Origin: Acidobacteriota bacterium
GTDB lineage: Bacteria; Acidobacteriota; Thermoanaerobaculia; Multivoradales; SZUA-115
Assembly: GCA_024277255.1 (NCBI GenBank)
Contig: JAJRVQ010000048.1
Span: 16,142 to 80,141, forward strand
Length of the DNA: 64,000 nucleotides
Direction: 5' to 3'
Shown here: in pieces, positions 41,241-52,300 of the stretch
Numbering within the stretch: the stretch's first letter is position 1
Layout: every line of letters begins with the position of its first letter
Translations under genes and position numbers: made by a program
The notes under the pieces: generated by a model
Databases searched by the model: none
What the model was told of the DNA's origin: nothing
Seen by the model: only the letters and a program-made list of their open reading frames with translations

Positions 41241-42668
41241 ATGGACGCACCCACAGCTCCGAGTTCGCCGGATCAACCCATCCACGTCATCGGCGGCGGG
41301 CTGGCCGGTTGCGAGTGCGCCTACCAGCTGGCCACGCGCGGACTGCCGGTCATCCTGTGGGAAATGCGCCCGCAGCGCCCCACCGCGGCGCATCAGACGG
41401 GGGATCTCGCCGAGTTGGTATGCAGCAACTCGCTGCGCAGCGATGATCCCGTACACGCCGCCGGCCTGCTCAAGCGCGAGATGGAGGCCTTCGGTTCTCT
41501 GATCATCTCCGCCGCCCGGCGCTCAGCGGTGCCGGCGGGTAGCGCCCTGGCGGTGGACCGCGAGCAGTTCGCCGCCGCCGTCACCTCCGCCCTGGAGAAC
41601 CACCCCAAGATCGAGATCCGGCGCCAAGAGGTCACCGAGCTACCGCCCGGCGAAATCGTCATCGCCACCGGCCCGCTGACCTCCGAAGCGATGACAAGCT
41701 GCTTGCAAGAGATTCTGGGCAGCGAATACCTCTACTTCTATGACGCAATCGCCCCCATCGTCGACACCGAGAGCCTCGACATGTCGCGCCTCTTCTGGGC
41801 TTCGAGATACGACAAGGGAGGCGCCGACTACCTCAACGCCCCGATGACCCAGGAGGAATACGCCACCTTCCACCATGCGCTGATCCACGCCGAGGTGCTC
41901 CCGCTGCACGACTTTGAAAAGACACTTTTCTTCGAAGGCTGCCTGCCGATCGAAGAGCTGGCGCGCCGCGGTGTCGACACCCTGCGCTACGGACCGATGA
42001 AACCGGTAGGGCTGCGCACGCCCGACGGCGAGCGGCCATGGGCGGTAGTGCAATTGCGGCAGGAGAACATCGCCAAGAGCCACCTCAACCTGGTCGGCTT
42101 CCAGTCGCGCATGAAGTGGGGTGAGCAAAAACGGGTGCTGGGCCTCATCCCGGGCTTGGCCCACGCCGAGTTCGTTCGCCTGGGCCAGATCCACCGCAAC
42201 ACTTTCGTCAACTCACCCGTTCACCTCGACCCTTGGTATCGAATCAAGGCACAGCCTCGGTTGCGCCTGGCCGGGCAGATCACCGGGGTCGAGGGGTACC
42301 TCGAATCGGCGGCCACCGGCTTGCTCAGCGGCCTTTACCTGGTACTGGAACACCGCGCCAGAGCGAGCGCGGCGGCCCACGGCGCGGAGACGACGAGCCT
42401 GCTCCCGCGCCCCTTGCCGGCGACCACCGCGCTGGGCACGCTGGCTCGCCATCTGACCGAGTCGGACCCGAAGCGATTCCAACCGACCAACGTCAACTAC
42501 GGCCTCTTCGAGCCCTTGACGGTCCGTGCCAAGAAGCGTGAACGGCGCGCCCACTACGCCCAGCGCGCCCGTCAAGAGTTGGCGGTCTGGGCACAAGAGC
42601 ATCAGGTTGAACTGGCTGGTGAACCGCAACTCTCGAACCAAGCGATGGCTGCGGCGACGGCGACCTAG
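41241..42668 (+). CDS. trmFO: tRNA (uracil-54-C5)-methyltransferase TrmFO
   Basis: IGGGLAGCECA, AELVCSNS, VPAGSALAVDR, YFYDAIAPIV, FFEGCLPIE, GPMKPVGL, HRNTF, AGQITGVEGY. Confidence 0.96.
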   Translation: MDAPTAPSSPDQPIHVIGGGLAGCECAYQLATRGLPVILWEMRPQRPTAAHQTGDLAELVCSNSLRSDDPVHAAGLLKREMEAFGSLIISAARRSAVPAGSALAVDREQFAAAVTSALENHPKIEIRRQEVTELPPGEIVIATGPLTSEAMTSCLQEILGSEYLYFYDAIAPIVDTESLDMSRLFWASRYDKGGADYLNAPMTQEEYATFHHALIHAEVLPLHDFEKTLFFEGCLPIEELARRGVDTLRYGPMKPVGLRTPDGERPWAVVQLRQENIAKSHLNLVGFQSRMKWGEQKRVLGLIPGLAHAEFVRLGQIHRNTFVNSPVHLDPWYRIKAQPRLRLAGQITGVEGYLESAATGLLSGLYLVLEHRARASAAAHGAETTSLLPRPLPATTALGTLARHLTESDPKRFQPTNVNYGLFEPLTVRAKKRERRAHYAQRARQELAVWAQEHQVELAGEPQLSNQAMAAATAT

Positions 42669-42683
42669 ACAAGAGCCACCCTT

Positions 42684-43652
42684 ATGCAGCACCTCATCTA
42701 CCAGTTCCTGCGCCACCTCGACGAAGAGCGCAACCTTTCGCCGCACACCCTACGCGCCTACGACAACGACCTGCAACGCTTCGTCCGCTTCCTCACCGGC
42801 GACTTCCTGGCCAGCGAGACGGTGGCGCCCGGCGAGGTCGACACACTGGCCGTGCGCTCCTTTCTGGCCGCCATGACGCGCGACGGCATCGGCGCCACCA
42901 GCCGCAGCCGTGCGCTCAGCGCCGTGCGCAGCCTGTTTCGCTACGCCTGTCGCGAAGGGATCCTCGACCACAACCCGGCAAGAGGAGTGCGGGCGCCGAA
43001 GCTGCCGAAGCCTCTACCGCGCCATCTGCGCCCCGGTGAAACCGAAGATCTCCTCGAAGCGCGCGAGGGGCAAGACCCCCTGGCGTTGCGCGACCGAGCA
43101 CTGCTCGAACTGCTCTACGCCTCGGGGTTGCGGGTCGGTGAGTTGGTCAGCCTCGACTGGCGCGATATCGACCTCCCGGCTCGCCTCTTACGGGTAGTGG
43201 GCAAGGGCGGCAAGGAACGGATGGTGCCTTTCGGCCGGCCGGCCACGGCAGCCCTCCAAAGCTGGCTGGCGGTTTGGGAGGGAGTGCGGGCGCAGGGCGC
43301 GGCGTTGGGGCTGGCCGCTGACGGCGAAGAGGAGCCGATCTTCCTCAACTATCGTGGCGGGCGGCTCACCGCACGTTCGGTGCGCCGCGTGGTCGATCGT
43401 GCCGTCGATGCCGCCGGCATCGCCCGGGGCGTCCACCCGCATACCCTGCGTCACACCTTCGCCACTCACCTACTGGAAGGTGGTGCCGACCTGCGGGCGA
43501 TTCAGGAACTGCTGGGCCACAGCTCGCTCGCCACCACCCAACGCTATACCCACCTCGAGGTCGAACGGCTGCTCGCCGTCTACCGCCAGAGCCATCCGCG
43601 CGCCCGAGGCGAAGGGCCGGCGCAGGCCAGCCCAGAGAGTGATACCCGATGA
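42684..43652 (+). CDS. xerC: Tyrosine recombinase XerC
   Basis: ERNLSPHTLRAY, LYASGLRVGE, GKGGKER, HPHTLRHTFATHLL.GGADLRAIQELLGH, TTQRYTH; lies between trmFO and hslV. Confidence 0.92.
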   Translation: MQHLIYQFLRHLDEERNLSPHTLRAYDNDLQRFVRFLTGDFLASETVAPGEVDTLAVRSFLAAMTRDGIGATSRSRALSAVRSLFRYACREGILDHNPARGVRAPKLPKPLPRHLRPGETEDLLEAREGQDPLALRDRALLELLYASGLRVGELVSLDWRDIDLPARLLRVVGKGGKERMVPFGRPATAALQSWLAVWEGVRAQGAALGLAADGEEEPIFLNYRGGRLTARSVRRVVDRAVDAAGIARGVHPHTLRHTFATHLLEGGADLRAIQELLGHSSLATTQRYTHLEVERLLAVYRQSHPRARGEGPAQASPESDTR

Positions 43653-44230
43653 CCACGACCAGCCCGGCACTCACCTTTCCCTGCTCGCTCGGTGGCGCTG
43701 TGGCCCGCGGCCGCAAGCGGTTGCGTCAATTCCTCGGTTTCCTCTTGCTGCTGATGATCGGTGTCGCCATCAGCGCTTTCTACTTCGGCAGAATCGGTGG
43801 CGGCATCCTCGCTCTGATCGCCGCCATCGGCCCCCTAATCGCCCTTGGACTGGTCGGCGAAACCGATCTTGACGTTCTCCAGCTCTCCAGCGGTCTGCTG
43901 ATCATCCGCTTGGGCTCCGGCACTGAGCGCATCGCGCTGGCCGGCGCCGTGCCGCGGCGGCTCGAAGAAGAGGAGATTCGCCACCTCGAACGGCTGGCCG
44001 GCCACGCCGGCATCGTCGCCGGAACCGGCGGTTACGACTCCGCTCAGCTGGGCGTGTTCGACCTCTACGCCTCCAATCTGCACAACTCCATCCTCATCGA
44101 GACGACGATCGACGACGAGGAACACCGCGTAGTGGTGACCCCAGACGACCCTGCTGCCTTTCTGGCGGCACTCGCGCAACAGAACCACTACCCCGCTAGC
44201 GAATCCCGCGGCAAAACCTCGCCGCCCTGA
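43649..44230 (+). CDS. Membrane protein with bacterial PH-like domain
   Basis: Two N-terminal TM helices; GGY.S..LG.F..YA and VVVTPDDPAAF motif; ATGA overlap with xerC. Confidence 0.55.
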   Translation: MTTTSPALTFPCSLGGAVARGRKRLRQFLGFLLLLMIGVAISAFYFGRIGGGILALIAAIGPLIALGLVGETDLDVLQLSSGLLIIRLGSGTERIALAGAVPRRLEEEEIRHLERLAGHAGIVAGTGGYDSAQLGVFDLYASNLHNSILIETTIDDEEHRVVVTPDDPAAFLAALAQQNHYPASESRGKTSPP

Positions 44231-44245
44231 TACTATCTGCCGTCC

Positions 44246-44839
44246 ATGAATGCTATAGATATCCCGTCCAACGGGCCGCCTCGCTTCCGCTCGACCACCG
44301 TACTTCTGGTGCGCCGCGGCGACCATCTCTGCCTGGCCAGCGATGGCCAAGTCTCGATGAATAACACCGTTGTCAAAGCCGGGGCCCGCAAGGTCCGCCG
44401 GATTGGCAAAGGCAACTCGGTGGTGGCCGGCTTTGCCGGTGGCGCCGCCGACGGTCTGGCTCTATTCGCCCGGCTGGAGTCCAAGATCGAAGAATACCCA
44501 AGCAACCTCGAAAGGGCCGTGGTCGAGTTGGCCAAGGAGTGGCGCACCGACCGCGCCCTGCGTCAATTGCAGGCCCTGATGATCGTCGCCAACAAGGAAC
44601 AGAGCTTCCTGCTCAACGGCGGCGGCGATCTGCTGACCCCCGACCCGCTCTCCGACGACGAGGAGGAGCGCCAGGAGTTGATGGCGATCGGCTCCGGCGA
44701 CAATTATGCCCTCTCCGCCGCGCGGGCCTTGATGAGGCACACCGACATGCCGGCCGGCAAGATCGCCCGCGAAGCGATGAAAATCGCCGCCGACATCTGC
44801 GTTTTCACCAACCACCACCTCACCCTCGAGGAGCTGTAG
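44246..44839 (+). CDS. hslV: ATP-dependent protease subunit HslV
   Basis: STTVL..., DGQVS, GFAGGAADG, ELAKEWRTDR, AIGSG..YA..AARAL, ICVFTN. Confidence 0.96.
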   Translation: MNAIDIPSNGPPRFRSTTVLLVRRGDHLCLASDGQVSMNNTVVKAGARKVRRIGKGNSVVAGFAGGAADGLALFARLESKIEEYPSNLERAVVELAKEWRTDRALRQLQALMIVANKEQSFLLNGGGDLLTPDPLSDDEEERQELMAIGSGDNYALSAARALMRHTDMPAGKIAREAMKIAADICVFTNHHLTLEEL

Positions 44840-44842
44840 CGC

Positions 44843-46261
44843 ATGGGCCAAGCATCCCCTCCCGAAGAGACGCAAATCGCTCTTGACGAGATGACTCCGC
44901 GTGAAATCGTCGCCCAGCTCGACAAACATGTCGTCGGTCAGAAGGCAGCCAAGCGCTCCGTGGCGATCGCCCTGCGCAATCGCTGGCGACGCCAACAGCT
45001 CGAACCGAGCCTGGCCGAAGAGGTGGCGCCCAAGAACATCCTGATGATCGGTCCCACCGGCGTCGGCAAGACCGAGATCGCCCGCCGGCTGGCCAAGCTG
45101 GCCAAGGCTCCGTTTCTCAAGGTTGAAGCCAGCAAATTCACCGAGGTCGGCTACATCGGACGCGATGTCGAATCGATGGTGCGAGATCTGGTCGACATCG
45201 CCGTCGCCATGGTGCGCGAAGAGATGCGCCAGGCGGTGCGCGAAAATGCCGCCGAACGGGCCGAGGAGAGGCTCCTCGACCTGTTGTTACCGCCTCGGCC
45301 ACCGCTCAGCGGTTTCAGCAGCCCTCTTTCCGGCCTCTCCCTGGGAGTCAGCGAACGCCAGGAGGAGACCAAGGAGAACCCATCGACCACCCGCGAGAAG
45401 CTGCGCATCAAACTGGAAAACGGGGAACTCGACAAGCGTGAAGTCGAAGTGGAGGTGGAAGAGTCGAACATGCCAAGCTTCGAGATGTTCACTCCGCAAG
45501 GTGGCGTCGAAGAGGTCGGGGTCAATATCAAAGAGATGATGCCCGGCCTCTTTGGGCGCCGCAAGCGCCAGCGGATGAAGGTCCCCGAGGCTCGTGAGAT
45601 CCTTCGCTTGCAGGAGACCGAGAAGCTGGCCGATCGACAGCAGATTTCACGCGAAGCGCGCAGCCGGGTAGCACAGGGCGGCATCATCTTTCTCGACGAG
45701 ATCGACAAGGTAGCGGGACGCGAGACCGGTGGCCGGGCCGATCCTTCGGGGCAAGGGGTGCAACGCGACCTGCTGCCCATCGTCGAAGGAACCACGGTCA
45801 ACACCAAGTACGGGATGGTCAAGACCGATCACATCTTGTTCATCGCCGCGGGCGCGTTTCACGTTGCCAAGCCGTCGGATCTGATTCCCGAGCTTCAAGG
45901 CCGCTTCCCGATCCGCGTCGAACTCAAAGCCTTGACGCAAGAGGACTTCGTCCGCATCCTGACCGAGCCCAAAGCGGCCCTGACCAAGCAGTATTCGGCC
46001 TTGCTGGCGACCGAAGGGGTCACCGTCGACTTCGGCGACGATGCCGTGGCTGAAATCGCTCGTCTCGCCGTCGAGGTCAACTCACTGAACGAGAATATCG
46101 GCGCCCGGCGGTTGGCCACGTTGATGGAGCGTCTCTTGGACGAGGTCTCGTTCGAAGCTCCGGAGATGGATGGCGTCACCGTGCACGTCGATGCGGCCTA
46201 CGTCGAACGCACGCTGGCCGAGATCGTCGAAGACCAGGACCTCAGCAAATATGTTCTCTAG
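44843..46261 (+). CDS. hslU: ATP-dependent protease ATPase HslU
   Basis: [62 protein letters not shown]. Confidence 0.97.
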   Translation: MGQASPPEETQIALDEMTPREIVAQLDKHVVGQKAAKRSVAIALRNRWRRQQLEPSLAEEVAPKNILMIGPTGVGKTEIARRLAKLAKAPFLKVEASKFTEVGYIGRDVESMVRDLVDIAVAMVREEMRQAVRENAAERAEERLLDLLLPPRPPLSGFSSPLSGLSLGVSERQEETKENPSTTREKLRIKLENGELDKREVEVEVEESNMPSFEMFTPQGGVEEVGVNIKEMMPGLFGRRKRQRMKVPEAREILRLQETEKLADRQQISREARSRVAQGGIIFLDEIDKVAGRETGGRADPSGQGVQRDLLPIVEGTTVNTKYGMVKTDHILFIAAGAFHVAKPSDLIPELQGRFPIRVELKALTQEDFVRILTEPKAALTKQYSALLATEGVTVDFGDDAVAEIARLAVEVNSLNENIGARRLATLMERLLDEVSFEAPEMDGVTVHVDAAYVERTLAEIVEDQDLSKYVL

Positions 46262-47387
46262 ACGCAGCCTCCTCGCCCTTCTGGCTCTGCCGCTGCCGCT
46301 CCTGCTCTTCGCTTGCGGCAAGAAGGGGGACCCGCGGCCGCCGATTCGGCTGATTCCCCGCGCCGCCACAGATCTCAGCATCGCGCAACGGGGTGATTCC
46401 CTGGTGCTTTCCTGTGCCTATCCCAATGTCGCCACCAACGGCATGGCGCTACCGAATCTGCAGGCGGTGGAGATCTGGAGACTCACTCTGCCGGCGGCGG
46501 CGATAGCTGAAGGTGCCCCACCCTTGCGCCCGGCCGAGCTGGCCGTGCGCGGCGAGCAACGTCACGACCTGCGCGGTGCCGAGCTGAGTTCGGCGATCAG
46601 CGGTGACCGTCTGGTGATCAGCCTGCCGCTGCCGGAACTTTCTTCCTCTTCTTCCTCCTCCGGCACCATCACGGCCACCGAACCCGACGCGGACGGCGAC
46701 AGCGACGCCAGCACCGCCGAGGAGACAGCCACCGCCTATGGCTACGGTCTGCGCTTCGTCTCGGCGCAGCAAGAGGAGTCCGACTTCTCGAACCTCGCCA
46801 CCATAGTGCCGCAGCCACCACCCGTCGCGCCGTTCGATTTACAGCTCGAAGCACAAACCGACGGCGTGGCCGTCTCTTGGCAGGGCGCGGGTAGCGCCGG
46901 TAGCCGCGTCTATCGGCGGACCGCGCAGCAGCCTCTCTACGGCGATGCCATCGCCACCCGTGAAGCCGGCGAGCAGAGTTACCTCGACCGCGGCGCGCGC
47001 TATGGCCAGCGCTACGTGTACAGCATCACCGCCTTGGCCGCTACGCAGCCCTTGATCGAGAGCAAGATCGGCGAAGAGCGCGAGATCGACTACCAGGACC
47101 GCTTCGCTCCTCCCACCCCCGGAGGCTTGCTCGCCCTGGCGGAAAGCGACCGTATCCGCTTGAGCTGGCAGGGCAGCCCCGCCGCCGACCTGGCTGGGTA
47201 CTACCTCTACCGGCGGATGGGTGGCGGCTCTTTCGAGCGCCTCAACGCCGAGGCGACGACCAACGCCGCCTACGTCGACACCGCTCCCGGCGGTGGTGAG
47301 CGGACCTACAAGGTGACCGCGGTCGACCAACGAGGCAACGAAAGTACGGCCAGCCAACCCATCACGACCCGTCTGGCCGACCGATAG
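46251..47387 (+). CDS. Lipoprotein with LptM/YifL-like N-terminus and fibronectin type III domains
   Basis: Lipobox [13 protein letters not shown]; FN3 patterns ([27 protein letters not shown]). Confidence 0.75.
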   Translation: MFSRRSLLALLALPLPLLLFACGKKGDPRPPIRLIPRAATDLSIAQRGDSLVLSCAYPNVATNGMALPNLQAVEIWRLTLPAAAIAEGAPPLRPAELAVRGEQRHDLRGAELSSAISGDRLVISLPLPELSSSSSSSGTITATEPDADGDSDASTAEETATAYGYGLRFVSAQQEESDFSNLATIVPQPPPVAPFDLQLEAQTDGVAVSWQGAGSAGSRVYRRTAQQPLYGDAIATREAGEQSYLDRGARYGQRYVYSITALAATQPLIESKIGEEREIDYQDRFAPPTPGGLLALAESDRIRLSWQGSPAADLAGYYLYRRMGGGSFERLNAEATTNAAYVDTAPGGGERTYKVTAVDQRGNESTASQPITTRLADR

Positions 47388-47404
47388 AGACAGGCAAGCC
47401 GATC

Positions 47405-48277
47405 ATGTCCATGATCGACATCGGCGACCAACCTTTCGTCCGCCTGTCGGGCGGCGGCAATGACTTTCTCGCCCTGGTGGAGCCCGCGCGGCGACCCAGC
47501 CAGCAACAGATCGCCCACTGGTGCACCCGCGGTCTCTCGCTCGGTGCCGACGGCCTCTTCATCCTGCGTCGCGGCGACCCACCCGCACGCGTCGTCATGG
47601 AGTACGCCAACGCCGATGGCCGGCCGGCAGACCTCTGTTTGAACGGCACTCGCTGCGCTGCCCGGCTGGCCTTCGAACTGGGCTGGAACGAGGGCGCAAG
47701 CCGCATCGGCATCCAGACCGGCGCCGGAGTGCTGAGCGCCCACGACCGCGGTGACCAGCGCATCGCCATCGATTTGCCGGCCTTGACCGAGACGCCGCGG
47801 CTGTTCAGCGTCGACCTCGACGGTGAGGTCTGGCAGGGCTTCCTGGCCACCGTCGGGGTGCCGCACTTCGTCCTCACCTGGAGCGAGTCCCTGGCCACCG
47901 CTCCGCTCGCCGATATCGCACCTCGCCTGCGCCACCACCCGCTCTTTGCCTCCCACGGCACCAACGTCAACTTCGTCCGCTGGGTGGCGCCGGACCAGTT
48001 GGAGCTGCGCAGTTTCGAGCGCGGCGTCGAAGCGGAGACCCTCGCTTGCGGAACCGGTTCCCTGGCTGCCGCCGCCATCGGGGTTCTCACCGGGCGCACC
48101 GTACTGCCAACCCAGGTGCTGACCAAGGGGGGCTTCAAGTTCGACATCGATGGCCGCAAGGGCGAGCGTTTACCGACCGGCTGGACACTGACCGGCGACG
48201 CCCGGATCGTCGCCGCGGGCAAGCTGACGGCGCAAGCTAGTGCCCTGCCGGAGCCGGCAAGGTGGAGTGACACGTAG
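47405..48277 (+). CDS. dapF: Diaminopimelate epimerase
   Basis: G.GNDF, LGADG, NADG..ADLCLNGTRC, GVPHFV, GTNVNFV, FERGVEAETLACGTG. Confidence 0.92.
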   Translation: MSMIDIGDQPFVRLSGGGNDFLALVEPARRPSQQQIAHWCTRGLSLGADGLFILRRGDPPARVVMEYANADGRPADLCLNGTRCAARLAFELGWNEGASRIGIQTGAGVLSAHDRGDQRIAIDLPALTETPRLFSVDLDGEVWQGFLATVGVPHFVLTWSESLATAPLADIAPRLRHHPLFASHGTNVNFVRWVAPDQLELRSFERGVEAETLACGTGSLAAAAIGVLTGRTVLPTQVLTKGGFKFDIDGRKGERLPTGWTLTGDARIVAAGKLTAQASALPEPARWSDT

Positions 48278-48312
48278 CCACCGGCCACCGACCACCGACC
48301 ACCGACCACCGA
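48278..48312. repeat. Heptamer tandem repeat (CCACCGA)x5
   Basis: CCACCGG followed by four perfect CCACCGA units between convergent stop codons. Confidence 0.9.
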
Positions 48313-48316
48313 TCCG

Positions 48317-49321
48317 CTAGCGACCTGCTGCGGCTCGTCTCCGGCGCATCCGCCACAGTGCCGTCATCGCCGCCAGGGCCAGCAGGGCGGCGAGGAAAGC
48401 CAGGGCGAACGGATCCAAGGTCGGGATCACCGCGACCGGCGGTGTGGTTCCGAAGGCCCGGATCATCCAGTTGCCGGGAGCAAAATTGTCGATCAAGGCG
48501 ATCAGGCTGTCCGGCGGAAGCTCCGGTGCCAGCGGCGGATCTCCACTCCACACCGCCAGCCAGGACTGGCCGAGGCTGGCCGTGGTGTCGAGGGTCGCCG
48601 GATCGGTCGTGCCGGTGACACCGCTGACCACGAAGCGGTTGATCACACCGACCAGGAGGTCGCCACCCCCAGGGACCAACAAGCCACCCGGAATCGGATA
48701 GATCGAAAAGCTGGTGCCGTCGAGCTGCTGGATGGTCTGGTCATAGGTGGCCAGCAAGGTGGCGCCGTTGGTCGGGTCGGAGTCCGAGTCGCGGTAGACC
48801 ACCAGCTGAATGTCATTGCCCACCGCCATGTTCGGTCCCGGAGCAAAAAGCACCCAGATCTCCTCGAGCAGGAGATTCTCCGTCATCGGAAAGCGGTTGA
48901 ACCAGAGGAACTGCTGCGCCGTGGCACCGGGCCCAGCGACGCCGAAGCTGCCCTCGCTGCTGTTGTCGTCAACCACAAAACTGAACGAGACCGCTTCCGG
49001 AACCGGCGGTGTCGACGGCGCCGGCGAGCTATTGGGCCGGAAATGGGTGGCCAGCGTTTGCGGCCCTTGGGCCACGGCGGCGGCCGAACTGAAGAGACAG
49101 AGGACTAACACTATTGCCAGGGCTAGCAGCCCGTGGCGAAACTCGCCCTGGCTCCGAGCGGATCTCTGTCCGTGACTCTGCGTTGGAAAATCCTCGACGA
49201 ACCTCGGGTTCGCCTCCGGCCCGCCACTTTTTTTCGCGGCGCCTTGATTCACGGACAGATTCCTCGCTCTCGCCGACGGACGACTTTCACCACGGACTGC
49301 TAGCAACTGGATGGATCGCAT
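48317..49321 (-). CDS. Secreted protein with IPTL-CTERM sorting domain
   Basis: C-terminal VIPTLDP + TM helix + RMRRRR; internal signal-like segment ending AVA-Q; AGGAGG RBS before the ATG at 49321 (alternative start 49378). Confidence 0.75.
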   Translation of the reverse strand: MRSIQLLAVRGESRPSARARNLSVNQGAAKKSGGPEANPRFVEDFPTQSHGQRSARSQGEFRHGLLALAIVLVLCLFSSAAAVAQGPQTLATHFRPNSSPAPSTPPVPEAVSFSFVVDDNSSEGSFGVAGPGATAQQFLWFNRFPMTENLLLEEIWVLFAPGPNMAVGNDIQLVVYRDSDSDPTNGATLLATYDQTIQQLDGTSFSIYPIPGGLLVPGGGDLLVGVINRFVVSGVTGTTDPATLDTTASLGQSWLAVWSGDPPLAPELPPDSLIALIDNFAPGNWMIRAFGTTPPVAVIPTLDPFALAFLAALLALAAMTALWRMRRRRAAAGR

Positions 49322-49377
49322 CTTCGGTTTCTCCCTCCTGGAGACTTGCTGGACGACTCGCATTACGGCGGTGGGCA

Positions 49378-52300
49378 TTAGGGAACCACGCTCGACCAAG
49401 CTGAAGTATCCCCCGACTCGAACCCATCCGAGAAGATCGGTTGGGTGCAAGTGAGGATCGCCTGGTCCAGGAAGAGGTCGAAATTCTCCCCCGTGGCAGT
49501 TCGGATGTCGAAACTGCACAGGGCCGAAGCCGCCGCCGTGGGCGGCGGGGTGATCAGCTGCACATCTTGCCAAAGACCACCGGTATCGAAGAGCAATGAA
49601 AGGTCTTGGTCAAAGCCCAGGCTGGCGCCACCGCAACCCGGCAGCGTGAAGTACTCGCAGACCTTCGACACACCGAGCAACACTCCGCCGGCCGCTTGCA
49701 CCTTCACCGCGCCGGTGAGCGTGCACAGACCTCCACCGATGAGATTGGTGCACTGACCGATCGAGAAGTCGGTACTGCCACCGAGGTTGGTCACCGCGGC
49801 GGAACCCGAAACCGACGAACCGTCGAAGTCCTCGGCGCTGTAGCCGATCTCGCCGGGGATGGCGCTCACCGTCACCCAGCTGTCGATGGTGCAATCGAAG
49901 TGACCGTTGAGCAGCAGGTTGGTTCGCTCCACTCGGTAGGTGCGGATGAAATCGTCGCCCCCTGTGCCGTCACCGTCTCCATCCAGCGGGTTGCCCGCCA
50001 GGTCTCGAATCGAGGTCGAGCCGCAGGTCAACAGGCGGTAGAGGGAATCGCCCAGGATGCCGCCCAGATCGAGGGTGGCGGTGAAGGTCACGTCATCGTA
50101 GGTCACTCCGGCGATGGAAATCACCACATCGTCACCGGCGGGCGGGCCACAGACGGCGGTCGAGAAGTCCTCGTCCGCTCCCGCGGCGAGTAGCAGATAG
50201 TTGGCCGGGTTGGTCACGTCGTCCGGATCGCTGTCGCCCGCCGGATCTTGCACCGGCTCACTGAAGGTGACCAGCAAGCGATTGATCGAGGTGCGAGCCT
50301 CCTCGCACTCCTCCAACACACCGTCGCCGGTGTCGTTGATCGAGTTGACCAGGGTGACCGTCGGCGGGTCGGCGTCCAACTGCGTATCTTCCGTCGCCGT
50401 GTCGTTGCTCGAGATCGGGTCGAAGGCGTCGGACGAGACGGTCACCGAGTTGGTCAGTGTCCCGCTCGGGGTGCCGGCATCGACGGTCACTTCGACCGTG
50501 TACTGCACCATGGCTCCCGGCGCCAGGTTGCCCAGGCTGCACGCCGGCACACCGTTGGGATCCTCGGCACAACCGGCCGTCGCAACCAAGGTCACGCCGG
50601 CCGGCAGCGTTTCGGTCGCCACCACGTTGGCCGCCACCGACGGGCCGCTGTTGGTGACGTCGATGGTGTAGATGATCGTGCCTCCCGAAGCCACCGGATC
50701 GACCGAGTCGGTTTTGGCGACGGAAAGGTCGGCCTGGGCGTTGACCATCGTCTGCTCCGACACCGAGTCGTCCCCGGTGTTGATCAAGGTTGTCGAGGCG
50801 GTGACCGACGCCATGTTGGTGATGGTGCCGAGAGTGGCTGGATCGACCGTCACCATGATGGTGTATTGCGCCGATGCGCCGGCAACCAGAGCGCCCAAAG
50901 TGCAGGTGGGCACACCGGCTGGATCCTCGGCGCAACCGGTGGTCGAAACGAAGGTCACACCGGCCGGCAATGTATCCGCCACCGCCACGCCGGCGGCGTC
51001 GGAGGGACCGTTGTTCTGCACCGTTACGGTGTAGCTCAGAGCGGTGCCGGCGACGACCGGATCGACCGAATCACTCTTGGTGATCGTCAGGTCGGCCTCG
51101 GCGATGACCATCGTATCTTCCATCGCCGTGTCATCTCCGGTGTTGATCAGCGGTGTGGACGAAGTCACCGAAGCGGTATTGGTGATCGTCCCCAAGGTGG
51201 CTGAATCGACCGTCACGGTGATCGTGTACTGCTTCGAGCTACTCGCCGCGATGGTGCCGAGGCTGCACACCGCGATTCCAACCGGATCTTCGGCGCAGCC
51301 GCTCGTCGAAACGAAGGTCACGCCGGCCGGAAGGGTGTCGGTGACCGCCACGTTCATCGCCGCCGAGGGGCCGGCGTTGGCCACCGTCACGGTGTAGGTG
51401 AGGTTGTTGCCGGCGATCACCGGATCGACCGAATCGGCCTTGGTCACCGACAGATCGGCGACGGCGGTGAAGGCCGTCACCCGGTAGTCCTCGACCTCGC
51501 CGTCCGTGGCCTGGCCGGTGAAGCCGACGGCTCCATCGGTGGTGCAGCGGAAGCGGGCGAAGGTCGGGCTCGCCACCTCGCCGACCGGAACCGGGAAGGA
51601 GAGGCTGTTCGTGCCCGCTGCCAGGATCTGGCCACCGGGGAAGATGTCATCCCCGGCCTCCGCCCAGCTGCCGTCGCCGGCGAAGTCGATCCAGGCCGAG
51701 AGGGTGCAGGCGGCCGAGGCGACGACGTCGACACTGGCCATCTGGCCTGCGACGATCACGCTGGTGAAGGTGACGCCGTCCTCGTCGTCGCCGCCGGCGC
51801 AGCTGCCGAAGATCGGGTTGCCGGCGACCGTGTCGTCACCATCGGCGGCAGCGGTAGGCAGACCAACCCCTTCGCCGTCGACGCAAGATCCCAGGAACAC
51901 ACCGCTACCCAGAATGTGGCTGGCGCCGTTATTGAAGATAAACGTCGGATAGGTCGGATCGGGAGCATCGCCCAGATCGAGCGCCTGGCCGAGGGTGACG
52001 ACGTAGTCTTCGACCTCACCGTCACTCGCCACGCCGAGGAAATTCACCGCGCCGTCGGTGGTGCAACGGAAACGGGCGAAGGTATCGCCAACAGCGACCG
52101 AGGCGGGCACCGGGAAGGTCAAACTGTTGACTCCCGCCACCAGCGCCTGCCCGCCGGGGAAGATATCTTCACCGGCATCCATCCAGTCCCCGTCACCGCT
52201 GAAATCGATCCAGCCGGCGAGGGTGCAGGCGGCCGAAGCGGTTACATCGATGGTCGCCGTACCGCCGGCAGCCAGGACGCTGGTGAAGACCACGCCGTCT

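Noticed and set aside
42684-43652. Tyrosine recombinase as a prophage or island integrase
   Set aside because: XerC-type motifs and canonical trmFO-xerC-hslVU context; no att sites or phage genes.
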